From assembly GCA_041288095.1 (NCBI GenBank), contig JBGGMJ010000164.1, positions 1 through 26,833 on the forward strand: a DNA stretch of 26,833 nt. Reading direction: 5' to 3'. A program made the position numbers and the translations under genes. The DNA comes from Myxococcota bacterium. Its GTDB lineage: Bacteria; Myxococcota; XYA12-FULL-58-9; JALHOP01. The notes beneath the pieces were generated by a model that made no database searches, was not told the origin of the DNA, and saw only the letters and a list, made by a program, of their open reading frames with translations. Shown piece by piece: positions 9,837 through 19,393 of the stretch (position 1 is the first letter of the stretch; every line of letters begins with the position of its first letter).

Positions 9837-10882
9837 CTAGGCAACCATCCAGGTGTCGTTGCCGGTGACTAAGGCTTGGAGATCCGCCGGGCCCTTGTCG
9901 GTGGCTTCACGGATCTGAGCGCGTAGGGACCCGTCGTACGTCGGACGCTCGACCGCGCGCAAGATGCCCATGGGCACCGGCTTCGCGGGGTGCTCCCACT
10001 GCGCCAGCGCGAAGGCGACCGTCGGATCGGGATCATGCGCGTCATGCACGAGGATATCCGCCATCGCCGCCTTGCCCTCGCCGACTTCGACGACCTCGAG
10101 CTTGCCGCGTACCCAGGCAACGCCTTTCGTGCCGCCCGCGAAGAGCATCGGCTTGCCGTGCTCGAGTTGGAGCTGATGGTCGCCCTTGGTCTTCTTGTCC
10201 ATCACCGCGTCGAAGACTCCGTCGTTGAAGACGGGGCAGTTCTGCAGGATCTCGATGAAGGCGGTGCCTTTGTGCTCGTGCGCCGCCTGCAAGATGAGCG
10301 GCAGCAGCTTCGCGTCGGTATCACCAGCGCGCGCGACGAAAGTGGCGCCCGCGCCGATGGCCAGGGAGAGCGGCTTGAACGGCGTATCGATCGAGCCAGC
10401 CGGAGTCGACTTGGTGCGCGTGCCGATGTCGCTGGTGGGCGAGTACTGGCCCTTGGTGAGGCCGTAGATCTTGTTGTTGAACAACATGATCTTGATGTCG
10501 ACGTTGCGGCGCATGGCGTGCATGAGGTGATTGCCGCCGATCGACAAACCATCGCCGTCGCCGGTGACGACCCAAACATGCAGATCGGGACGGTAGCTCT
10601 TCAAGCCCGTCGCGATGGCTGGAGCGCGGCCGTGGATCGTATGGAAGCCGTACGTGTTCATGTAGTACGGGAAGCGGCTCGAGCAGCCGATGCCGCTGAC
10701 GAAGACGATCTTCTCGCGCGGCACACCGAGGCTGGGCATGGTTTTCTGAACCGCGGCGAGGATGGCGTAGTCGCCGCAGCCGGGGCACCAACGCACGTCG
10801 ACGCCGGCGTCGAAGTCCTTCTTGGTCAGAGCCGGAGGCGCGTCGGTGTTCGCTGTCGTGGGCGTGGTCATGGACATACTGG

Positions 10883-10886
<4 letters not shown>
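9837..10886 (-). CDS. korB: 2-oxoacid:ferredoxin oxidoreductase beta subunit
   Basis: WCPGCGD, SGIGCSSR, HGRA, TPP-binding GDGD...NN, YGLTKGQ.SPTS, QNCPVFND. ATGA overlap with the alpha subunit at 10883-10886. Confidence 0.95.
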
Positions 10887-12787
<1,901 letters not shown>

Positions 12788-12873
12788 CTCCAGGGGCCTT
12801 TGCTGAGGCCCGCGGCTTCTACAGAAGCGGACGTGATCTGACAAGGTTGGAAAGCGTATGGTGGCGGCTCCCG

Positions 12874-14202
12874 ATGGAGCAGCGACGCGCCGACCTGGTA
12901 GCGGGTGAAAGAGCCCTCGAAGCCCGCGAGCACGCCCTGGCGGAGCTCGAGCGGTTGCTCACGGAGCGCGACCGCCAACTCACCGCCCGCGAGCAGGCCG
13001 CGGAGCAACGCGCGAAGACGGCCCGAGAGCAGAAGCGCGCTCGCCACGACCTCTTGCAAGAGCGCCGCGCGAGACTCGCGGAGCTCTGTGGCGAGACTGT
13101 CGAAGCCCTGCGCGACCACCTCGCCGAGGAGCTGGTGGCGAGCGGAGCCCGGGCCTTGCGCAAGCGCGGCAGGGTTCACGACGAGGACGTGACGCGCGAC
13201 CTCGCGAGTCTCGCCCAGCGCGTGCTCGGAACGGTGGTGACTCGATACGACGGTGTCGGCCACCTCGAGCGCATCAGCCAGTCGGTGGTCATCGAGGACG
13301 CGGCGACCTTCGCGGCTCTCGCCGACGAGACCAGCTCGCTATCACGGACATTCACGGCGGAGATCGGCTGCACCGTTACCGCGGACAGCGACAGACAGAG
13401 CATCACTGTGATCGCCGACGACTCCGGGGCGCGTGAGCTGGGCCGCCGCGTCCTGCGCGCGCTCGATGACGAGCCTTGCGAGGCGGAGACGCTGCGCGCG
13501 CGCATCACGGCCGCTAAAGCGGAACTACTGCGCGAGGTGCGCAAAGCGGGTGAAGAAGCCTTCGCGTGCGTCAATTTGCCGCGAGCGGCGCCGGAAATAC
13601 TCGACTTAATCGGGCGGTTGACCTTCCGCTTGAGCCACTCACAGAACCAATGGAAGCACTCCATCGAGGTCGCACGTCTTGCCGGCATGTTAGCCGCGGA
13701 GTTAGGGAGCGATCGAATCGCGGCCCGCCGCGGCGGACTGCTGCACGACATGGGTAAGGCCATGACGCACGACCACGAAGGCTCGCATGCCGTCCTCGGT
13801 GCCACCGTGGCGCGGCGCTGTGGCGAGAGCGAAATCGTCGCGAACGCCATCGGCGCCCATCACGACGACGAGCCAATGGCGACGCCGACCGCGTTCTTGG
13901 TCACCGCCGCCGACGCGCTGAGCGGCGCTCGCCCGGGAGCACGACGCGAGAGCGCCACGCAATACGTCGCCCGCATCCGACAGATCCACGAGATCGCCAG
14001 CCGTGGGTCGCTCATCGACCGCGTCGACGTCATGTACGCCGGCCGCGAGGTACGCATCGTCGTGCTGCCCGATGCCCAGGACGACGCCCTGTATCCCTTG
14101 GCTCAGCGCGTCGCGCGCGCGCTCGAGGACGAGGTCGCGTTCCCCGGTCAGATTCGTGTCACCGTCATTCGAGAGTCGCGGGTGTCCGCGATAGCAAGGT
14201 AA
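12874..14202 (+). CDS. Ribonuclease Y-like HD-domain protein, divergent (no TM anchor, degenerate KH)
   Basis: N-terminal coiled coil, GRLTFRLSHSQN..KHS.EVA, GLLHDMGKA, EGSH, AIGAHH, AADALSGARPGARRE, AGREVRI.V.P, FPGQIRVTVIRE.R. Start is ATG 12874 (or TTG 12847). Confidence 0.88.
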   Translation: MEQRRADLVAGERALEAREHALAELERLLTERDRQLTAREQAAEQRAKTAREQKRARHDLLQERRARLAELCGETVEALRDHLAEELVASGARALRKRGRVHDEDVTRDLASLAQRVLGTVVTRYDGVGHLERISQSVVIEDAATFAALADETSSLSRTFTAEIGCTVTADSDRQSITVIADDSGARELGRRVLRALDDEPCEAETLRARITAAKAELLREVRKAGEEAFACVNLPRAAPEILDLIGRLTFRLSHSQNQWKHSIEVARLAGMLAAELGSDRIAARRGGLLHDMGKAMTHDHEGSHAVLGATVARRCGESEIVANAIGAHHDDEPMATPTAFLVTAADALSGARPGARRESATQYVARIRQIHEIASRGSLIDRVDVMYAGREVRIVVLPDAQDDALYPLAQRVARALEDEVAFPGQIRVTVIRESRVSAIAR

Positions 14203-14209
14203 GAAAACG

Positions 14210-15580
14210 ATGCAAGCCGTCATGGATCTTCCGCCCGCCCGCCACCACCTCCCCGGACCCCGCTTCGGCTTCCGCATGATCGGCGCGCTGCAGCGCGACC
14301 CGCTCACCATCATGACCCAGGTCAAGGAGCAGTACGGCGACATGGTCCATGTCCGGCTGCCGCTCGCCAACGCCTATCTCGTCGCCGACCCCCGACTCAT
14401 CGAGCAAGTGCTACTGCGCGACCACCACGTCTTCCACAAAGACGTGCTGACGCGCGAGCTGCGCTACCTGCTCGGTGACGGTCTGCTCACGAGCGAAGGC
14501 GAGCACTGGAAGCGCGTCCGCAAGCTCGCTTCGCCACCGCTCACCAAGCGCGCCATCTCCGCATACGGCGACGCCATGGTGCTTTCGGCGCGACGCTACG
14601 CCGAAGCGTTCACGCCCGAGCAACCACGCAACGTGCACGAAGATCTCATGCAGCTGACGCTCGAGATCGTCACCCGCACGCTCTTCGGCACCGATCTGCC
14701 ACCCGGCTCCGAGCGTGTCGGCGCCGCGCTGCACACGGCGATGGACTACTTCTTGAACTACACGCGCTCGATGAAGCGCTTGATCCCGAAGTGGTTGCCC
14801 ATCCCGGCGCACCTGCGCATGCGCAAAGCGATCAAGACCATCGATGCGACGCTCATGCAGATCATCGCGCAGCGTCGCGCCGCCTTGAACGACGAGGCGA
14901 TCGATCTGGTGTCGTTACTCCTGCGCGCCCGCGACGATGAGGGCTCGGGCCTCACCGACGCGCAGCTTCGCGACGAAGCCATTACCATCTTCCTCGCCGG
15001 GCACGAGACCACCGCGCTCGCCTTGGCGTACAGCCTCATGTTGTTGGCGCAGCATCCCGAGTCGCAGGCGAAAGCTCACGCCGAGGTCGACAGCGTCTTG
15101 CAGGGCCGGCCCGCCACCGCGGCGGACTACGGACGTCTGCATTATCTCGATCAAATCGTCACCGAGAGCATGCGCTTGTACCCGCCGGCATGGATCGTCG
15201 CCCGAGAGGCCACCGAAGACTACGACCTCGGCGGCTACCGCGTCCGCCCAAACGAACAGCTGTGGATCTCGCAATGGATCGTTCACCGCGATGCCCGCTG
15301 GTTCTCCGAGCCCAACGCCTTCAAGCCCGAGCGCTGGACCGCCGAGATGCGCGAGCAGCTCCCACGCTTTGCCTATTTCCCCTTCGGGGGCGGGCCGCGC
15401 GTCTGCATCGGCAACCACTTCGCGCAGATGGAAGCGGTGTTGGTGCTGGCGACGCTCCTACAGGCGCGTAGCTTCACGCAAGCGCCCGACCATGAGCTGG
15501 CACTCGAGTGCTCGGTCACCATGCGACCGGCGAAGGGCGTCCGCCTCATCCCGCACGCGCGCCCTCAGAGCTCGGCGTAG
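14210..15580 (+). CDS. Cytochrome P450
   Basis: I-helix AGHETT, ExxR (ESMRLYPP), PERW, heme ligand FPFGGGPRVCIG. Confidence 0.96.
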   Translation: MQAVMDLPPARHHLPGPRFGFRMIGALQRDPLTIMTQVKEQYGDMVHVRLPLANAYLVADPRLIEQVLLRDHHVFHKDVLTRELRYLLGDGLLTSEGEHWKRVRKLASPPLTKRAISAYGDAMVLSARRYAEAFTPEQPRNVHEDLMQLTLEIVTRTLFGTDLPPGSERVGAALHTAMDYFLNYTRSMKRLIPKWLPIPAHLRMRKAIKTIDATLMQIIAQRRAALNDEAIDLVSLLLRARDDEGSGLTDAQLRDEAITIFLAGHETTALALAYSLMLLAQHPESQAKAHAEVDSVLQGRPATAADYGRLHYLDQIVTESMRLYPPAWIVAREATEDYDLGGYRVRPNEQLWISQWIVHRDARWFSEPNAFKPERWTAEMREQLPRFAYFPFGGGPRVCIGNHFAQMEAVLVLATLLQARSFTQAPDHELALECSVTMRPAKGVRLIPHARPQSSA

Positions 15581-15588
15581 CCAAATGT

Positions 15589-15624
15589 GAAGGCAGGGTG
15601 CCACAGGTGCGGCGCTCTGCCCCA
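15589..15624. promoter_or_regulatory. Tandem palindromic sites, candidate enhancer (bEBP binding) for the sigma54 promoter
   Basis: GAAGGCAGGGTGCCACA (15589-15605) and TGCGGCGCTCTGCCCCA (15608-15624) both fit GGCR-N3-TGCC-N-CA. Their centres are 19 bp apart, about 60-80 nt upstream of the -24 element. Confidence 0.45.
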
Positions 15625-15675
15625 TGTAGGATGCGCCGGCGCAGCAATTTCGGCAGGTTCTGCGTGCCTCGGTCA

Positions 15676-15692
15676 TTGGCATGAGCGCTGCA
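15676..15692 (+). promoter_or_regulatory. Sigma54 (-24/-12) promoter
   Basis: TTGGCATGAGCGCTGCA: GG (15678-79) and GC (15690-91) are separated by exactly 10 nt. Consensus is TGGCACG-N4-TTGCW. Lies upstream of the DUF1328 gene. Confidence 0.6.
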
Positions 15693-15729
15693 CCCTCCTC
15701 GGGCACGAACTGTTCTTGGGAGGGTGACC

Positions 15730-15924
15730 ATGCTGAGCTGGGCACTTGGTTTTCTCGTCGTCGCGCTCGTCGCGGCGCTCTTCGGCTTCGGTGGGCTCGC
15801 GGCGGGTGCCGCGTCGATCGCCAAGCTGATCTTTTTCGGGTTCCTCATTCTCGCGGCCATCGCCGCGGTCGTGGGCCTGGTAACCGGTCGCAAAATCAAC
15901 GACGCGCTACCGCCGGGTTTGTGA
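15730..15924 (+). CDS. DUF1328 (YtjA/UPF0391) family small membrane protein
   Basis: [36 protein letters not shown] pattern. GGAGGG RBS 5 nt before ATG 15730. Confidence 0.9.
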   Translation: MLSWALGFLVVALVAALFGFGGLAAGAASIAKLIFFGFLILAAIAAVVGLVTGRKINDALPPGL

Positions 15925-15928
15925 CGTC

Positions 15929-16240
15929 ATGCTGCTGGACCGGTTGACTAGCCAGCATGCCAACGTCGGGAACGGCGAGCGCGTGGGCTCCGTAGTCGCA
16001 GGACTCGGCCTCGCGCTCGCCGGTCTCACCCGCCATTGGCTCACGGGCTTTACGCTCGTGGGGATAGGCGCGGCGCTGGTGCAACGCGGCGTCCGCGGGC
16101 GCTGTCCGTTTTACGGAGCGCTGGGCATCAATCACCACACCGAGGCGCGAACCGCCGACGAGGCCGCCGACCCGGTCGACCAGGCGTCGATGGATTCGTT
16201 CCCGGCGAGCGACTCACCGTCGCGCCACTCGATCACCTGA
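15929..16240 (+). CDS. DUF2892/YgaP-like membrane protein with C-terminal SFPASD motif
   Basis: NVG..ER..S..AG, two hydrophobic segments, G.CP.Y.ALGIN, and tail DPVDQASMDSFPASDSPS. Confidence 0.8.
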   Translation: MLLDRLTSQHANVGNGERVGSVVAGLGLALAGLTRHWLTGFTLVGIGAALVQRGVRGRCPFYGALGINHHTEARTADEAADPVDQASMDSFPASDSPSRHSIT

Positions 16241-18526
16241 TCACGGCGGGCAGATGTACTCCGGCGTGAGTGTCGGCGGGACGTCGTCCATCGCGTCGAT
16301 CCACTGCCGCAAGACGCCGACAGCATCGGTGTCGGGCACGCGTGTCGCGAGCGGTGGCATCTGTCCGCTACCGCGGAAGCCGGCGCGATCCTCGACGATC
16401 GGTGACGTCGCTCCCTGACCGGGGATGATCGGCGGCTGCGCCTGATTGATGATCTCGCACAGGCGACTGGCGTCGAGCGTCGTCGCGAAGCGCATGTCGG
16501 GGAAGCGGCCGCCATTCGCGGTCCCGCTGTGGCAGTTCGAGCAGTTGGACGCGAGCCAGCTACGCGCGCGTGCCCCGAGCGAAGCGCCGCTGTCCTCGAG
16601 GGGCGTGAGCTGTGGCAGCACGCCCGTAAGTGGCGCCGCGAGGAACCCCGCCGTCGCGAATGCTTCGATCTGGTTGATTTGGCCGGCGCCGTAGTCACGT
16701 GAGCGATTCAGGTTCTCGGTACGGATCCCCAGCACATAGCCGCCGTTGGGCGTGTGGCAGGTGTTGCACGCGCCGCGCGACGGGAAGACGTGCTCGTGCG
16801 CTGCTCCCTCGAGCGTGTAGTCACCGATGAATTCGCTGTCCGGCCGTAGCGTCGCTTCGGTGCCCGCGGCGTTCCAGATGTAGCTGTAGCCCTGCCACGT
16901 GTCCTGGGCGACCTGCACCAAGAACCTCGTCTCGATGGGCACGATGCTCGTCGGATCGCCCGCTTCTTCTTGCAGATCGAACTCCTTGACCAGGATCGTC
17001 CCCACCGGGAATTCCCACGCGCCGGAGACCGAGCCGGTGACCGTCGACGTGCCGGGCAAGATGAAGTAGCGGCGCTTGCCGGCTCCGTCCGACCAGAACG
17101 GGACGCGTAGGTCGTAGGGCACGGCCGCGGCGATGAGTTGCCGGTCCTCGACGCTCGCGTAGCAACCCGTCGCGGTCAACGTTGGTGGCGCCGTCTCTAT
17201 GCCGTCATCGACGACGAGCCGCATGATCCCGCCGCTGAAACCCAAGACGTAGATCTCGCCTTCTTCGTCATAGCCGAAGCTGCTGATGAGCATGCCCGTG
17301 TCCATGATCTTGGTGCCGGTCCACGCGCCGCCGCCCACGGCTTCGTCGATACGGAAGACCTCGCCCGTCCCGTAGTCCGCGAAAACGTACGCGCCGAGAA
17401 GGTTCGGGATGTCGGTACCGCGGTAAACGAAGCCACCGGTGATAGCGAGGCGGCCGCCGTTGCTTTCGTATTCGTGGATGGGGTCGATGCAGCCCGAGGG
17501 GCAACCGCCGCTGTAGTCGTGGGCGCCTTCGCGCAGGTCCCAACCGTAGTTGCCGCCGGGCTGGATGATGTCGATCTCTTCCCAGGTCTCCTGACCGACG
17601 TCGGCGACGAAGATGCGGCCGCTGGTCGCGTCGTAGCTCGCGCGCCACGGGTTACGGAAGCCGTAGGCGTAGATCTCCGCGCGCGCGCCCGCCTGGCCGA
17701 CGAACGGGTTGTCCGCTGGAACGGAGTAGTTGCCGGCTCCCGAGGTTTGCGTGGGATCGATGCGCAGGAGCTTGCCTCCGAGCAGCGTGAGGTTCTGGCC
17801 CCAGTTGTCCGGATCGCCGCCGCTGGCGCTGTCACCCGTGGTGATGAACAGCAGACCGCCGCCGCCGAAGAAGATCTGACCGCCGTTGTGATTGTTGGCG
17901 CCGTCGGGACGCGGGATCTCGATGATCAGGTAAGCCGAGTCTTCGTCACAGGTGAGCACACCCGCGGCGACGGTGCAGGTGTAGCGCTCGATGCGCGTAT
18001 CGCGATCATTGGCCTGGCCCGGATTGTCGATGGCGTAGCTGGCGTAGAGGTAGCCGCCGGAGGCCCCGAAGTCGGGCGCGAAGGCGATGCTGTAAAGCCC
18101 CTTCTCGCCGCCGCCGTTGTCGTAGACTTCGGCCACGAGGTCGAGGGCGGTGTGCTCGCTCCCCCCCGTGTACGTCTCACGATTGAAGTCGACGATGAGC
18201 CCGCTCTGCATGGCGAGCGCCATGCGAAACGGCACGCCCGGCACCGGCACGAGCCCCGTCAGGCTGCTGCTCGCAAGGCCGTCGAAGACCGTGCTAGCCG
18301 CTGAAGCGGACAAGCTGCAGCTGGTATTGAGGAAACGCGTGAGACCTACGGGAGAAGCGTCCCCATCACCGGGTAGCTGATCGGTGTCACCGTCTTGATC
18401 ACCGGCATCACGGTCGCCACCGTCGTCGTCGTCGAACGGGCTCCCCCGCACGCCGCCACCACACGCCGCCGCCACCAACACCACCACCGTCGCGCCGAAG
18501 ACGCGAGTCGCCCAGTTGCCGCCCAT
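16241..18526 (-). CDS. Lipoprotein: PQQ-dependent glucose/sorbosone dehydrogenase beta-propeller fused to a diheme cytochrome c domain (SO2930/HNE_0200-like)
   Basis: Lipobox-like VAAAC and acidic linker. Propeller motifs EKGLYSIAF.PDF, NHNGG, GKLLRID, YAYGFRNPWR, DVGQ..WEEI, GGNYGW, ITGG.VYRG. Then FWSDGA.KRR, FPVGT.LVKEF, ETR, Y.WN, CNTCH and CSNCH, MPPL. Start taken at ATG 18526. Confidence 0.88.
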   Translation of the reverse strand: MGGNWATRVFGATVVVLVAAACGGGVRGSPFDDDDGGDRDAGDQDGDTDQLPGDGDASPVGLTRFLNTSCSLSASAASTVFDGLASSSLTGLVPVPGVPFRMALAMQSGLIVDFNRETYTGGSEHTALDLVAEVYDNGGGEKGLYSIAFAPDFGASGGYLYASYAIDNPGQANDRDTRIERYTCTVAAGVLTCDEDSAYLIIEIPRPDGANNHNGGQIFFGGGGLLFITTGDSASGGDPDNWGQNLTLLGGKLLRIDPTQTSGAGNYSVPADNPFVGQAGARAEIYAYGFRNPWRASYDATSGRIFVADVGQETWEEIDIIQPGGNYGWDLREGAHDYSGGCPSGCIDPIHEYESNGGRLAITGGFVYRGTDIPNLLGAYVFADYGTGEVFRIDEAVGGGAWTGTKIMDTGMLISSFGYDEEGEIYVLGFSGGIMRLVVDDGIETAPPTLTATGCYASVEDRQLIAAAVPYDLRVPFWSDGAGKRRYFILPGTSTVTGSVSGAWEFPVGTILVKEFDLQEEAGDPTSIVPIETRFLVQVAQDTWQGYSYIWNAAGTEATLRPDSEFIGDYTLEGAAHEHVFPSRGACNTCHTPNGGYVLGIRTENLNRSRDYGAGQINQIEAFATAGFLAAPLTGVLPQLTPLEDSGASLGARARSWLASNCSNCHSGTANGGRFPDMRFATTLDASRLCEIINQAQPPIIPGQGATSPIVEDRAGFRGSGQMPPLATRVPDTDAVGVLRQWIDAMDDVPPTLTPEYICPP

Positions 18527-18533
18527 ATGCCCC

Positions 18534-18539
18534 AGCCTA
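18534..18539 (-). promoter_or_regulatory. Candidate -10 element for a leaderless transcript
   Basis: TAGGCT (TAnnnT) lies 7 nt upstream of ATG 18526 with no clear SD. It includes the stop codon of the upstream gene. Confidence 0.3.
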
Positions 18540-19055
18540 CAGGTCCGTGCGCGTGCTGATAACCCCTGTACGTTCGCCAATCAGCAGCGCCAGGAGATCG
18601 TTCTCGATACCGTTCGGCGAGGTCTCGACGACGCGGCCCACTTCTTTACCGCCGCGCTTTACGATGAAGGTCGGCACCTGCGTGACTGTCACTCCGTCAG
18701 GATAGCGCCGGTGTGACTTGTCACGCGGCATCGCGACCGTCCGCAACGCGAAGGGCACCGAGCTGCCGGCCAGGGTCATCGCCTTCCACAAGCGGGGCAG
18801 CTCGCGGCGGCTGTCGCCACACCAGGTGCCGAAGTAGACCTCGACGGTCGCGCCAGTCGGCACCTTGCCGAGCTTCTTCGCGGTCTCGGCGTTGGGCTCG
18901 GCGGCCTCGCGCGCTTCACGCCAGCCGTCGATCTTCTTCTCGACCTCGGTGCGACTCACCACGCCCACGAGCTCGAGCGGTGGCGCATCGGGCTTCTGCG
19001 TCGGCGGGCTCGCGACCCCGATGAGGGCGGCAACGGCGCAAGCGGTGATGATCAT
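18537..19055 (-). CDS. Exported thioredoxin-fold protein with CxxS site
   Basis: Hydrophobic N-terminus, YFGTWCGDSRRELP, cis-Pro loop QVPTFIV...GKEVGRVVE.P. Confidence 0.82.
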   Translation of the reverse strand: MIITACAVAALIGVASPPTQKPDAPPLELVGVVSRTEVEKKIDGWREAREAAEPNAETAKKLGKVPTGATVEVYFGTWCGDSRRELPRLWKAMTLAGSSVPFALRTVAMPRDKSHRRYPDGVTVTQVPTFIVKRGGKEVGRVVETSPNGIENDLLALLIGERTGVISTRTDL

Positions 19056-19083
19056 GAGCGTTCTCCAGGGCCGAGCGGATTTC

Positions 19084-19111
19084 TTTACCGAGCCTCACAC
19101 CCCGGTATCAT
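19084..19111 (+). promoter_or_regulatory. Sigma70-like promoter, probably leaderless
   Basis: TTTACC (19084-89), 16 nt spacer, TATCAT (19106-11). The ATG at 19118 is 6 nt downstream and has no SD. Confidence 0.5.
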
Positions 19112-19117
19112 TTTTCC

Positions 19118-19372
19118 ATGACCGCGAAGATCTATCGACTCGATGCGTACCGTCTTCGCCGCTATTCGACCTCCGCTAGCAGACCCGCGGAGCCGGGTGC
19201 CGCCCTTGGCACCGCCCTGCGTGCCGTCGCCGCCAACCCCTCGAAGAATTTCAAAGTGAATGCAGGCGTCTTCCAACGCGCCTTCCGAGAGGCTATCGAA
19301 CGAACCAACGCACAGCTCAGGGGCCAATCGCAGGCTGATGGGTCCGCCGAAGACGACGACGGCGAGCTGTGA
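19118..19372 (+). CDS. Small hypothetical protein (84 aa)
   Basis: Fills the intergenic gap, has a promoter directly upstream, N-terminus MTAKIYRLDAYRLRR and an acidic C-terminal tail. Co-oriented with the hydrolase and uppP. Confidence 0.6.
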   Translation: MTAKIYRLDAYRLRRYSTSASRPAEPGAALGTALRAVAANPSKNFKVNAGVFQRAFREAIERTNAQLRGQSQADGSAEDDDGEL

Positions 19373-19393
19373 CCGAAGGGTTCACGCTCAAAA

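Noticed and set aside
12832..12846. CRP/FNR-like site (GTGATCTGACAAG) between korA and the RNase Y-like gene
   Set aside because: Half-site spacing and second half-site fit neither TGTGA-N6-TCACA nor TTGAT-N4-ATCAA.
14150..15730. P450-modified RiPP (biarylitide-type MxYxH precursor) near the P450
   Set aside because: No such mini-ORF found flanking the gene. Only ATG-stop hexamers (15585-90, 15624-29) without an SD are present.
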